Assembly (NCBI GenBank): GCA_030390025.1
Contig: CM059438.1
Coordinates: 67,272,001-67,336,000 of the forward strand
From: Squalus acanthias
Taxonomy: Eukaryota
Direction of reading: 5' to 3'
DNA: 64,000 nt
In this document: one piece after another, positions 25,892-36,090 of the stretch
Numbering within the stretch: the first letter of the stretch is position 1
Layout of the letters: the number at the start of each line of letters is the position of its first letter
Notes under the pieces: model-generated
The model's input: the letters and a program-made list of their open reading frames with translations, nothing else
Database searches by the model: none
Told to the model about the DNA's origin: nothing
Program-made: the position numbers and the translations under genes

Positions 25892-28800
25892 CTAGAACCC
25901 GCGCAGCCCGTCTACCTGTGTCCGCTTAGCTATGATGCGTGGAAGCGACCTTTGGTGGAGATGGAGGTAGAGAAACAGAGGGGTAGTTATTTGTTGGACA
26001 CGGGAGCTTCTTGCACCATAATCCATACAGATAGCCCTTTTGACTCGCCGCTATCTACCAGGGTCCCATTCACGTTAGCGGGGTTCACAGGAAAAGAACA
26101 GGCTGGCGCGTTCTCCCTTCCGCTATCCATTCGTTTGGGAGCACTTCACCTTAAGTGGAAGTGTATACTGATGGAATGGCAGGAGGGGGGTGGAAGAGGT
26201 ATTCTCGGGTCTGATCTTCTATCGGGACACGGGATCCTCGTGGACCTCAGAAATCACTGTCTCTGGGGGGCTAAGGGTGAAAAAGGCGAGGTAGTAGTGA
26301 TTCCGGGGGAGGAAGAAACAGGGGTCCTGTGTACCGTACAGCCATCCGGAGGCTACGACCTCAGGCTTATGGTCGCAGATGTCCCAACGGACATGCAAAC
26401 GTACGTGTCAGATAATATGCACGCGTTTGCAACCCACAAGCACGATTGTGGGAGGGTTATCGGGTTTGAGGTCAGCGTAGATGGGGACCCCATGACCCGA
26501 CCCCAAAAGCAGTATAACTTCCCCAAAGAAGCAGAACCCGATATGGAGACAGCAATGTCCTCCTTGGTGCAGCAGGGCGTGTTGAGGCCGATAGCCACAC
26601 ACGTGAACTCCCCATTATGGCCGGTTAGGAAGCCGGATAATTCGTGGAGAGCCACGGTGGACTACAGAGTCCTTAACAGTAACATTCCCGCCTGCGCGCC
26701 CACGGTAGCAGCAGTTGCTGACCTAATAGGGAGCATCCCAGCGTCCGCGACCACGTTCACGGTGCTGGATATCTCGAACGGTTTTTGGTCCATCCCGCTG
26801 AGGCGAGAGGACCAGTACAAGTTTGCCTTTACTTTCAAAGGACAACAGTACACATGGAACTGTCTGCCACAGGGTTTCCACAATAGCCCCAGTATTTTCC
26901 ATCAGTGTATGGCAGGAAGTTTAAAGGAGTTTAGTCAGCCCAATCAGATAGTGCAGTACGTGGATGATTTGCTCCTATTTACGGACTCAAGGGAGGAGCA
27001 TGGACCACTACTGGACGAGTTATTGGAGCTGCTAGCGAGAAAGGGTTTTAAAATAAATCCTAAGAAAGCACGTATCGGTCAGCGGGAAGTAAAATTCCTG
27101 GGACTGACCATAAGCGCTGGGGAAAGAGCCATTGACAAAGCGAGGAGGGAGTCGGTGCAAGAATTACCGATTCCCAACAACATAAGGGGTGTGAGGTCCT
27201 TCTTGGGACTGACCGGTTACTGCAGGGACTTTATCGAAGACTATGCGGCCACAGCAGCGCCGCTCCTCCGACTCCTCCATAAGCGGGTGGAGTGGTCTTG
27301 GGACGAGGGCTGCCAAGCAGCCTTCGAGAAGTTAAAAAGGGATCTGCAGACCGAGCCAGCCTTCGGGGCCATAGATGGGGGGAAGGAGTTTTTCCTGGAG
27401 GTAGCTGCCAGCGGAGACAGCTTGAGCGCTGTGCTGCTCCAAGAGCGTCACGGCAAGCTGAGGCCGGTTGTCTATTCATCCAGAGTATTAACGGATGTGG
27501 AGAGAAGTTTCTCCAATTGCGAAAGGCACCTTTTAGCCACGCATTGGGCTGTGAAAAGATCAGCGATCTTCACAGGGCTCTCTCCCATCACTCTCCTCAC
27601 ACATCACACACCAACTAAGATGCTTCTGGATGGGAGGATTAAAGATGGGACCGTAAGCAGCGCGCGCATTGCGCGTTGGACCCTTCTTCTCTCCCAGTTG
27701 GATCTTAGAGTAAAAGGTCTTTGCGAGCCCAGGCTTGCGGCCAATTTGGTATACGCCGGTACAGCCCACCGGTGTTCGGTGGAAGGGGTGTGGGACGTCA
27801 ACATAGGTTTACGGGCCGGGATACATCCCACTGGGCGCGAGATTTATGTTGATGGGTCTAGCACAGTATCTGCTGGCGAACGACTCACGGGGTGTGGAGT
27901 TTATGACCCTGCGGCAAACCTTGCCCTGGCGATCAAGCTCCCCAGCACCATGAGCGCGCAGCAGGCTGAGCTGTCTGCCGTGGTGTACGTTGTTACCCAC
28001 CCAGACATTTTCCCAACCCCATACACGATTTGCTCGGACAGTATGTTCACCTGCAATTCGTGTACGGAATACCTGGCCATTTGGTCCCGCCGTGGATACA
28101 CCTCCGCGGACGGGCGACCTTTAACGGTGAAGCCCTTGCTGGAAAAGATCTTAGCAGCAGCAGTAGGGGAGGAAGGAGAGATTTTCATCCATAAGGTGAA
28201 AGCTCACTCCTCCACAGAGCCCCGTGGGGAGGGCAACCAGCAGGCGGATGCGCTAGCCAGGGAAGGTGCCCGCAACGGCATTTTCTGGGACCCCTATGGG
28301 ACCAGACCCATAGCAGCGATCCAAGGCAGGGACGGGAATCCCGGGAACACCAGGGTAGCATTGCCCCTAGACCTTAAGACCGTCCAAACCCAGGATCCCG
28401 CCCTAAAAGCAGTCCTAAAAACCATTGCTGAGGGGAGGCAGGTAGAAGGTCCGTACAGTACGGCAACCCTCTCAGTTAAGGAAGGCATGCTGTTCCGCGA
28501 GGAGCAGTGGGTTGTGCCGCAGCAGCACAGGAGGGAATTCCTCCAGTTGGCTCACGAGGGACCAGGGGCAGGGCACCCCGGGCCCGAGGTTACCTGGCAA
28601 CGGGTAGAGCAAGCGGGATGGTGGCCAGGGCTCAGGGAACAAGTCCGCGAGTTCTGTGCAAACTGTCTTGTGTGCGCTGCAAACAACCCAGACCCCCAGA
28701 AAAGGAAGGTGCCCATGGGACACGTAAGAAGGGTAGAGGGACCATGGCAGTCGATACAGATCGACTATATAGGACCCCTGCCCACCACCCAGGGAGGTTA

Positions 28801-29233
28801 TAAATACTGCCTCGTCTTGGTGGATGTGTTTTCCAAGTGGGTGGAAGCCTTCCCCTGTCGAACAGCTACGGCACTGGGTACAGCAAAAATCTTGGTCCGG
28901 GAAGTGTTCTCGCGGTGGGGACTTCCCCGTTTTGTGGAGTCAGACCAAGGGAGTCATTTCACCGGCCAGGTGATGCAGAACACCCTCATGCTTTTGGGCA
29001 TTGAAGGGAAGTGGCACGTAGCACACAATCCCCAGTCATCCGGGATTGTTGAACGCATGAACCGGACCCTGAAGGAGAAATTGAGGAAAGAGACTAGGAA
29101 CTCGCCCCAAAAATGGGCGGAAGTTCTGCCTTTAGTCCTCATGGGGGTCCGGGCCAGTCAGTCAAAAAGTACGGGGTACTCCCCGCACGAGGTGATGACT
29201 CGAGGCTCATGCGAACCCCCACCCATGTGCTAG
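25892..29233 (+). CDS. pol: Pol: protease, RT, tether, RNase H, integrase core; in frame with gag after a single TGA
   Basis: LLDTGAS; LPQGFHNSP and YVDD; degenerate RH LEVAAS...YSSRVL; IYVDGS...AQQAEL...SDS...KVKAH...GNQQAD; HHCC and DDE integrase. Confidence 0.95.
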   Translation, partial: LEPAQPVYLCPLSYDAWKRPLVEMEVEKQRGSYLLDTGASCTIIHTDSPFDSPLSTRVPFTLAGFTGKEQAGAFSLPLSIRLGALHLKWKCILMEWQEGGGRGILGSDLLSGHGILVDLRNHCLWGAKGEKGEVVVIPGEEETGVLCTVQPSGGYDLRLMVADVPTDMQTYVSDNMHAFATHKHDCGRVIGFEVSVDGDPMTRPQKQYNFPKEAEPDMETAMSSLVQQGVLRPIATHVNSPLWPVRKPDNSWRATVDYRVLNSNIPACAPTVAAVADLIGSIPASATTFTVLDISNGFWSIPLRREDQYKFAFTFKGQQYTWNCLPQGFHNSPSIFHQCMAGSLKEFSQPNQIVQYVDDLLLFTDSREEHGPLLDELLELLARKGFKINPKKARIGQREVKFLGLTISAGERAIDKARRESVQELPIPNNIRGVRSFLGLTGYCRDFIEDYAATAAPLLRLLHKRVEWSWDEGCQAAFEKLKRDLQTEPAFGAIDGGKEFFLEVAASGDSLSAVLLQERHGKLRPVVYSSRVLTDVERSFSNCERHLLATHWAVKRSAIFTGLSPITLLTHHTPTKMLLDGRIKDGTVSSARIARWTLLLSQLDLRVKGLCEPRLAANLVYAGTAHRCSVEGVWDVNIGLRAGIHPTGREIYVDGSSTVSAGERLTGCGVYDPAANLALAIKLPSTMSAQQAELSAVVYVVTHPDIFPTPYTICSDSMFTCNSCTEYLAIWSRRGYTSADGRPLTVKPLLEKILAAAVGEEGEIFIHKVKAHSSTEPRGEGNQQADALAREGARNGIFWDPYGTRPIAAIQGRDGNPGNTRVALPLDLKTVQTQDPALKAVLKTIAEGRQVEGPYSTATLSVKEGMLFREEQWVVPQQHRREFLQLAHEGPGAGHPGPEVTWQRVEQAGWWPGLREQVREFCANCLVCAANNPDPQKRKVPMGHVRRVEGPWQSIQIDYIGPLPTTQGGYKYCLVLVDVFSKWVEAFPCRTATALGTAKILVREVFSRWGLPRFVESDQGSHFTGQVMQNTLMLLGIEGKWHVAHNPQSSGIVERMNRTLKEKLRKETRNSPQKWAEVLPLVLMGVRASQSKSTGYSPHEVMTRGSCEPPPMC

Positions 29234-29628
29234 CGCCGGTGCTCACTGAGGGTCAGCTCCAAGAGATAAGCAGGGACAAGTTCGCCCAGACTCTCTTGGA
29301 GCGCCTGAAGCAGGTTTATGAGCAGGCGGCTGGGAACATGGGAAGGCAGCATCAGGGCAATCGCTTGTTGCTGGAACCCCGCAAAACGCGGGAGTGGGAA
29401 GTAGGAGACCAGGTCATGGTCAGAAACTACGCCAGAGTAGGGAGTCTGGAACCACTGTATATGGGACCCTACAACATTGTAGACAAGGCGAGTCCCATGG
29501 TATACGCCGTAAAAGTACCTCGGCGCACGAAGTGGTTCCACGTAAACCAATGCAAACTGTACAAGCCAGGTGCGCAAGGGAAAACCACAGGGGTAAACCC
29601 CGCCAGTGGGGAAGCACAGCCCAGGTAG
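29200..29628 (+). CDS. Integrase C-terminal part (GPY/F-like), frameshifted from pol
   Basis: RLMRTPTHVL...WEVGDQVMVRN...LEPLYMGPYNIV...WFHVNQCKLY lies in a different frame from the pol core. Confidence 0.8.
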   Translation, partial: SRLMRTPTHVLAPVLTEGQLQEISRDKFAQTLLERLKQVYEQAAGNMGRQHQGNRLLLEPRKTREWEVGDQVMVRNYARVGSLEPLYMGPYNIVDKASPMVYAVKVPRRTKWFHVNQCKLYKPGAQGKTTGVNPASGEAQPR

Positions 29629-30419
29629 GACCACAAGGCACACAGGCAGGCAAAGCAGCTTGCATCAGGGGAGGGGACATCCTGGAAGATCATGAAGCAT
29701 TTTTGTGGGGTTGGGAGTCAGATGAGGGAGAATTCCGGGAACTCGAGTCAGATGAGGATAGTGATGAAGGCGAGTGGGTTTTGGGGAACGTAAGGAACGT
29801 TCCCATTTTAGGTATAGGGAGGACACGGACTGCAGATGGAGATCCGCACAGGGCGGAGCCACAAGCTGCAGGTCCCGAAGACAGGAGGGAGGAGCTAGGG
29901 GAGGCGGAGCCAGCAGCTGTGGGAACACAGGGAGTGACGGTGAGAACCTCCGAGCCCGAGCCGCCCGCTTTGAACGTCCCGCCCTCGGGGGAGGCAGAGA
30001 TCGCGAGTGAAGGGTCGCCTGCTGGGCCGAGCAGGGCGGAGCCACAAACTGCAAGCCCCGAGGTTAGGGAGGCGGAGTCAGCGGAGGCGGAGCCAGCGAC
30101 TGTGGTGGAACCACAGGTCGTCCCGATGGAAGTCTCGGAACCCGGTCCGTCGGTCATGGGATCCCTGCCCCTGACAACTCCCCGTAGGTCAAGTAGAGAA
30201 CCCCAGCCCAGGAAGATGTGGGTATGGCCCCAGACTGTCCCAAGGCGTAGACTCAAGGTTAAGGCAGCCCAGATACAGCCCGGCCCCATCGCAGCAGCAA
30301 CAGGCTGCGGCAGATCAGAGGAAGGAATCAGTGCAGCAACAGGCTGCGGCAGATCAAAGGGAAGGGTCAGTGCCCTCCCACCGTCGGGAAGAGCTCGCAG
30401 CAGCCTTCTCAGAATTTAA
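29620..30419 (+). CDS. Acidic, Pro/Ala/Glu-rich ORF of unknown function between pol and env
   Basis: Open in both proviruses with conserved WGWE(S/T)DE, AEPA repeats, RRSSR and AAATGCGRS. Start uncertain. Confidence 0.55.
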
Positions 30420-30705
30420 AGGGGCCGCCCTGAGAACGGGCGGCACTGTATAGTAATAAGTTTTACGTTTTAAGTTCATAGTTCAAGGTTAAGTTTATAG
30501 TTTTAATAAGGTTAAGATTGTAGTGTTTTTAACAGAAAACGATAAAATGATGGGAGCTTTAAAGATAGGTTTAGTTAAAGTTTATTCAGCGAACGTTGAA
30601 GTTTACGTGAGGCGAGGTCAGGGGACCCGCTGACCCTTCACAAAAGCCAGAGACTCTTGCGAGGCTGGCTACCTCATTCTATCTGATCACAGGAACCAAG
30701 GAAGG

Positions 30706-32182
30706 ATGGAACGAATTCTAGTATTGCTCGTGGCAATCGGATGTGGATTGGCCTATCGAGGCCGCACCAAGGATGTCGTGGTGTTTGGATGTTCCGGGGA
30801 CACGGCCCCCATCGCGGTGGATGGGACCGGAAGACGGGAGGCAGAGGAGACCAGCACCTATTTCCACAAGGGAAGGTGGCCAGGATGGCTGGGAACGAAC
30901 TCAACGGAGTATTCTAGCACATCGGGGTTTGCCTACAAAGAGACTTCTTTAATGTGCCCCAAAGTAAGGATCATCGCACCCAGGATCAGCGTCACCGTCG
31001 GCAAACGGATTTGTTTGACTTGTAGTGGGAATGTCCCATTGAGCCGATGGTGGTGGCTGCGAAAGCTGAGCAAAACTATGAGGAACTCGTCGGTCGAGTG
31101 GGAACGACTGGGTAATAATACCCATCGGACAATTACGGGGACAAACGGACAAGTGAAAGTCTGTTGGGACAAATGGTGGGAACCGGACGAGGGAATTTAT
31201 GTATGCATGTGGGGGTCAAAATACCCTTGCCCCAAAGGCATATCCATATTTTTCATTAATCAGTGGCAGGATAACGGACAGGGGATGAGGTGGGATGCGA
31301 GCACCAGGGGGTGCGGAGCCCCATACTCTTCGATCCCGGTAAATGCCACTGAGCTCATTACGCGCCCACGCAAAGCCCCGCCCACGATTCCGGTGGTTCT
31401 AGCTGAGGAAGAAGGGTGCCCTAAAACTAGTAAGGGACCCGGGAATGGTTTGGTACTGGTCCCCACAGACCAGATACTATTTCAGGGGGTACATTACGCG
31501 GTGGCCTCGGTGATTTTAAATCTCACCGAGGTGCGGTTACCAGAGTGGTGCCCCAAAAAGACGGAACAGTTGTATCAGGTCCTGTTGACCAAGATGTTCA
31601 GACAATTTTACGAATTCGATTTCGCGGAAATTGATAAAACAAGTTTGTACACCGCACCACAGGAAGTTTTGGATCAAGTAGGGAGGCAAAGAAGGGGTTT
31701 GGTGAACGATGCGTTCACTGTTTTTAACACGGGTACATCTGTGGTCAACGCTCTAGACAGTGTGGAGCTGCAGACCCAGATTAATGGTTTAAAGACACAA
31801 TTAAAAGACATTCTAACAGATGAGAATAAAGTGGTAGGGTCGGATCTACACGAGGACCAAGCCATGACTCTCCATTTAAAGGAAATTATAGCAGAGTTGG
31901 AGAAACATGCAAAGACGGTAAATGCCCTGATTAGGGAAGATCGGAATGCATCCGATCAAGCTGCGCAGAACGAGGTGTGCGTGCTTTACGGGGCGTGGTT
32001 ACTGGGCGAAGGCCGCAGTAATTTGGAGGATTTAAAACAAGGTTTGGTCCCGTCCTGGATAAGTAACAAACACCTGCGGGCGCTCCACCCTTTTCAGAAC
32101 GCACTGAGCCCGTGCCAGCTCAGGCTAGCTTCAGAAGCATACCCAGTCCCCGTGGACTGCGGACGATCAAACCATACCATTA
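30706..32182 (+). pseudogene. env: Provirus A env, 5' part (signal peptide, Ig-like domain, furin site RQRR, fusion peptide, heptad repeat)
   Basis: Near-identical to intact B env; interrupted after NHTI by a CR1 insertion. Confidence 0.9.
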
Positions 32183-32419
32183 TAAGAACATAAGAACATA
32201 AGAAATAGGAGCAGGAGTAGGCCAATCGGCCCCTCGAGCCTGCTCCGCCATTCAATAAGATCATGGCTGATCTGATCCTAACCGCCAATCTACTATCTAT
32301 CACAGAACCATCTCCTGCATCTAACAGAATTGCACACACGAAATAGGAGCAGAATCAGGCTACACAGTCCCTGGGCCCGCTCCACTACCCACAGGGCCAT
32401 GACCGATCCGAACCTAGAC

Positions 32420-35371
32420 TCATGTCCAAATTCCTGCCCGCTCCCCGTAACCCTTAATGCCCTTTACTTCTAGGAAACTGTCTATTTCTGTTTTAAATTT
32501 AATTAATGTTGTAGCTTCTACAGCTTTTTGTGGCAGCATATTCCATGGACCTACCACCCTCTGAGTGAAGTAGTTCCTCCTCATCTCAGTTTTGAAAGAG
32601 CAGCCCCTTATTCTAAGACTATGTCCCCTAGTTCTCGTCTCACCCGTCATTGGGAACATCCTCCCCGCATCCACCCGATCCAACCCCTTCACAATCTTAT
32701 ATGTTTCAATAAGATCGCCTCTCATTCTTCTGAACTCCAATGAGTAGAGTCCCAATCTACCCAACCTCTCCTCATATGACCACCCCCTCATCCCCGGGAT
32801 TAACCGAGTGAACCTTTTTTGCACTGCCTCGAGAGCAAGTATGTCTTTTCTTAAGTATGGACACCAAAACTGTATGCAGTATTCCAGGTGCGGTCTCACC
32901 AATACCTTGTACAACTGAAGCAATACCTCCCTATTTTTATATTCTATCCCCCTAGCAATGAAAGCCAACATTCCATTTGCCTTCTTAATCACTTGCTGCA
33001 CCTGCATACTAACCTTTTGAGTTTCGTGCACCAGGACCCCCAGATCCCTTTGCACTTCAGTACTCTCCAGTTTCTTGCCATTAAGATAATAAATTGCTCT
33101 AGGATTTTTCCTGCCAAAGTGCATCACCTCACACTTTCCAGTGTTGTATTCCATCTGCCAAATCTCTGCCCACTTACTTAGCCTGTCTATGTCCCCTTGC
33201 AGGTTTTTTATGTCCTCCTCACTCACTACTTTCCCTCCCATCTTTGTATCATCTGCAAATTTTGATATGTTACACTTGGTCCCTTCCTCCAAATCGTTAA
33301 TATAGATTGTGAAGAGTTGGGGACCCAGCACTGACCCCTGTGGAACACCACTAGTTACTGATTGCCAGTCTGAGAATGAACCATTTATCCCAACTCTTTG
33401 CTTTCTGTTAGATAGCCAATCCTCTATCCATGCCAGAATATTACCCCCAATCCCGTGATTTTTTACCTTAAGCAATAATCTTTTGTGTGGCACCTTGTCA
33501 AATGCCTTTTGGAAGTCTAAATACACTACGTCCACTGGTTCCCCTTTATCCACCCTGTATGTTACTTCCTCAAAGAACTCCAGCAAATTTGTCAAACATG
33601 ACTTCCCCTTCGTAAAACCATGCTGACTTTGTCCTATTAAATTATGATTATCCAAATGTCCTGTTACTGTTTCCTTAATAATGGACTCCAAAATTTTACC
33701 TACCACAGATGTTAGGCTAACCGGTCTATAGTTACCAGCCTTCTGTCTACTGCCCTTTTTAAATAAGGGTGTTACATTAGCAGTTTTCCAGTCTGCCGGG
33801 ACCTTAGCGGAATCCAGGGAGTTTTGAAAAATTATTACCAATGCATCTACAATCCCTACCGCCACTTCCTTCAAGACTCTAGGATGTAAGCCATCAGGTC
33901 CAGGTGATTTATCCGCCTTGAGTCCCATTATTTTACCGAGTACCACTTCCTTAGTGATTTTGATCGTGTTTAGCTCCTCTCCCCCTATAGCCCCCTGTTT
34001 GTCCAGTGTTGGGATATTCTTAGTGTCCTCTACTGTAAAGACTGATACAAAATATTCATTCAGTGTTTTTGCCATCTCCATATTTCCCACCATTAATTTC
34101 CCGGTCTCATCCTCTAAGGGACCAACATTTACTTTAGCCACCCTTTTTCTTTTTATATAACTATAAAAACTCTTACTATCTGTTTTTATATTTTTTGCTA
34201 ATTTACTTTCATAATCTATCTTCCCTTTCTTAATCAATCTTTTTGTTATTTTTTGCTGCCTTTTAAAGTTTTCCCAATCCTCTGTCCTCCCACTAGATTT
34301 CGCTACCTTATATGCCCTTGTTTTTAGTCGAATACTATCCTTAATTTCTTTACTTAGCCACGGATGACTGTCCTTTCTTTTACACCCTTTTCTTTTCAGT
34401 GGAATATATTTTTTTTGGAAGTTGTAAAATAACTCCTTGAATGTACACCACTGATCATGTGTCGTCTTACCCTTTAATCTATTTTCCCAATCCACTCTAC
34501 TCAATTCCGCTCGCATACCTTCATAGTCTCCTTTATTCAAGCTTAGCACGCTTGTTTGAGATCCAACCTTCTCACCCTCTAATTGAATATGGAATTCAAC
34601 CATGTTATGGTCACTCATTCCAAGGGGATCCTTTACTAGGACATTTTTAATTAATCCTGTCTCGTTACACAGGACCAGATCTAAGGTTGCTTGCCCCCTG
34701 GTCGGTTCAGTTACATACTGCTCAAGAAACCCATCCCTAATACACTCAATGAACTCATCCTCAAGGCAGCCCTGCCCCATTTGATTTGTCCAATTAATAT
34801 GATAGTTAAAATCCCCCATAATTATAGATGTTCCCTTATTACATGCCTCAACTATTTCCTGATTGATACTCCGTCCAATAGAGTTGCAACTGTTCGGAGG
34901 CCTATAGACTACGCCCACTAATGTTTTTTTCCCCTTATTATTCCTTATCTCCACCCAAACTGTTTCATTATCATGATTTTTTGACCCAATATCATTACTC
35001 TGTATTACAGTGATTCCTTCCTTTATTAACATAGCCACCCCACCTCCCCTTCCTTCCTGCCTGCCCTTCCTGATCGTTAAATAACCTGGTATGTTTAATT
35101 CCCAGGCATTGTCACCCTGCAGCCATGTTTCTGTAATGGCCACAATATCATAACCATATGTAGTTATTTGTGCCATTAACTCGTCTATTTTGTTACGAAT
35201 GCTACGTGCATTCAGATAGAGAACTTTCAAATATGCTTTGTGGCACTTAGTTCCTGCTTTTTCACTTTTTACCAGTTTACCTTTTACTCCACACACTCTG
35301 TCCCTTCCTGCCACGCTCTGATTTGTGATTCCCCTACTGCTACCTATGTCTATGACCCTCTCTGTTGTCAT
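32420..35371 (-). CDS. CR1 ORF2: apurinic-like endonuclease + RT, 983 aa, open
   Basis: LNARSI, ITETWL, MGDFN, SDHN, KSPGPDG, DFQKAFD, GVPQGSVLGP, KFADD. Confidence 0.95.
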   Translation of the reverse strand: MTTERVIDIGSSRGITNQSVAGRDRVCGVKGKLVKSEKAGTKCHKAYLKVLYLNARSIRNKIDELMAQITTYGYDIVAITETWLQGDNAWELNIPGYLTIRKGRQEGRGGGVAMLIKEGITVIQSNDIGSKNHDNETVWVEIRNNKGKKTLVGVVYRPPNSCNSIGRSINQEIVEACNKGTSIIMGDFNYHINWTNQMGQGCLEDEFIECIRDGFLEQYVTEPTRGQATLDLVLCNETGLIKNVLVKDPLGMSDHNMVEFHIQLEGEKVGSQTSVLSLNKGDYEGMRAELSRVDWENRLKGKTTHDQWCTFKELFYNFQKKYIPLKRKGCKRKDSHPWLSKEIKDSIRLKTRAYKVAKSSGRTEDWENFKRQQKITKRLIKKGKIDYESKLAKNIKTDSKSFYSYIKRKRVAKVNVGPLEDETGKLMVGNMEMAKTLNEYFVSVFTVEDTKNIPTLDKQGAIGGEELNTIKITKEVVLGKIMGLKADKSPGPDGLHPRVLKEVAVGIVDALVIIFQNSLDSAKVPADWKTANVTPLFKKGSRQKAGNYRPVSLTSVVGKILESIIKETVTGHLDNHNLIGQSQHGFTKGKSCLTNLLEFFEEVTYRVDKGEPVDVVYLDFQKAFDKVPHKRLLLKVKNHGIGGNILAWIEDWLSNRKQRVGINGSFSDWQSVTSGVPQGSVLGPQLFTIYINDLEEGTKCNISKFADDTKMGGKVVSEEDIKNLQGDIDRLSKWAEIWQMEYNTGKCEVMHFGRKNPRAIYYLNGKKLESTEVQRDLGVLVHETQKVSMQVQQVIKKANGMLAFIARGIEYKNREVLLQLYKVLVRPHLEYCIQFWCPYLRKDILALEAVQKRFTRLIPGMRGWSYEERLGRLGLYSLEFRRMRGDLIETYKIVKGLDRVDAGRMFPMTGETRTRGHSLRIRGCSFKTEMRRNYFTQRVVGPWNMLPQKAVEATTLIKFKTEIDSFLEVKGIKGYGERAGIWT

Positions 35372-35409
35372 TTTTATTTTTTGCTCTCTTGAAACCTCCC
35401 CCCCACTAA

Positions 35410-36090
35410 TTAGTTTAAAGCCCTCTCCACAGCCCTAGTTATTCGATTCGCCAGGACACTAGTCCCAGCACTGGCCAAGTGAAGTCCGTCCCAACGGAAC
35501 AGCTCTCTCCTGCCCCAGTACTGGTGCCAGTGTCCCAAGAAGCAAAACCCATTTTTCCCACACCAGTCTTTGAGCCACGCATTCAACTCCCTGATTTTAT
35601 TTACCCTAGCCAAATTTGCTCGTGGCTCAGGTAGTAATCCAGAGATTATTACCCTCGAGGTTCTGCTTTTTAATTTGGCCCCTAGCTGCTCAAACTCCCT
35701 CAGCAGAACCTCTTTCCTTGTCCTATCTATGTCATTGGTACCAACATGGACCACGACAACTGGATCCTCCCCCTCCCACTCCAAGTTTCTCTCCAGCCCA
35801 GAGGAGATGTCCTTAACCCTGGCACCGGGCAGGCAACACAGCCTTCGGGACTCTCGCTCTTGGCTGCAAAGAACCCTATCTATCCCTCTAATGATACTAT
35901 CCCCTACCACTACAACATTTCTTTTTACTCCCCCCACTTGAATGGCCCCCCTTACCACGGTGCTGTGGCCAGGTTGCTCATCCTCCCTGCAGTCCCCGCT
36001 CCTATCCACACAGGGAGTAAGAGCCTCGAACCTGTTGGACAAGAGCAAGGGCTGCGGCTCCTCCAACACTACCTCCTGGATCCCTGTACC
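35410..36090 (-). CDS. CR1 ORF1 SGNH/GDSL esterase domain (partial)
   Basis: VVVGDSIIRG, HVGTND, DGLHL. Confidence 0.88.
   Translation of the reverse strand, partial: GTGIQEVVLEEPQPLLLSNRFEALTPCVDRSGDCREDEQPGHSTVVRGAIQVGGVKRNVVVVGDSIIRGIDRVLCSQERESRRLCCLPGARVKDISSGLERNLEWEGEDPVVVVHVGTNDIDRTRKEVLLREFEQLGAKLKSRTSRVIISGLLPEPRANLARVNKIRELNAWLKDWCGKNGFCFLGHWHQYWGRRELFRWDGLHLASAGTSVLANRITRAVERALN

Larger units (their letters stand above)
32183..36090 (-). mobile_element. Young CR1 LINE, 5'-truncated within ORF1, inserted in env
   Basis: (TTCTTATG)n tail at 32183, ORF1 esterase plus open ORF2; env resumes at 36091 (MGIVLRMP) with essentially no TSD. Confidence 0.93.

Noticed and set aside
29690..30289. 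Antisense ORF shared with 42770-43402 as an HBZ-like gene
   Set aside because: It is a codon-mirror of the GC-rich sense ORF with non-matching starts and no independent support.
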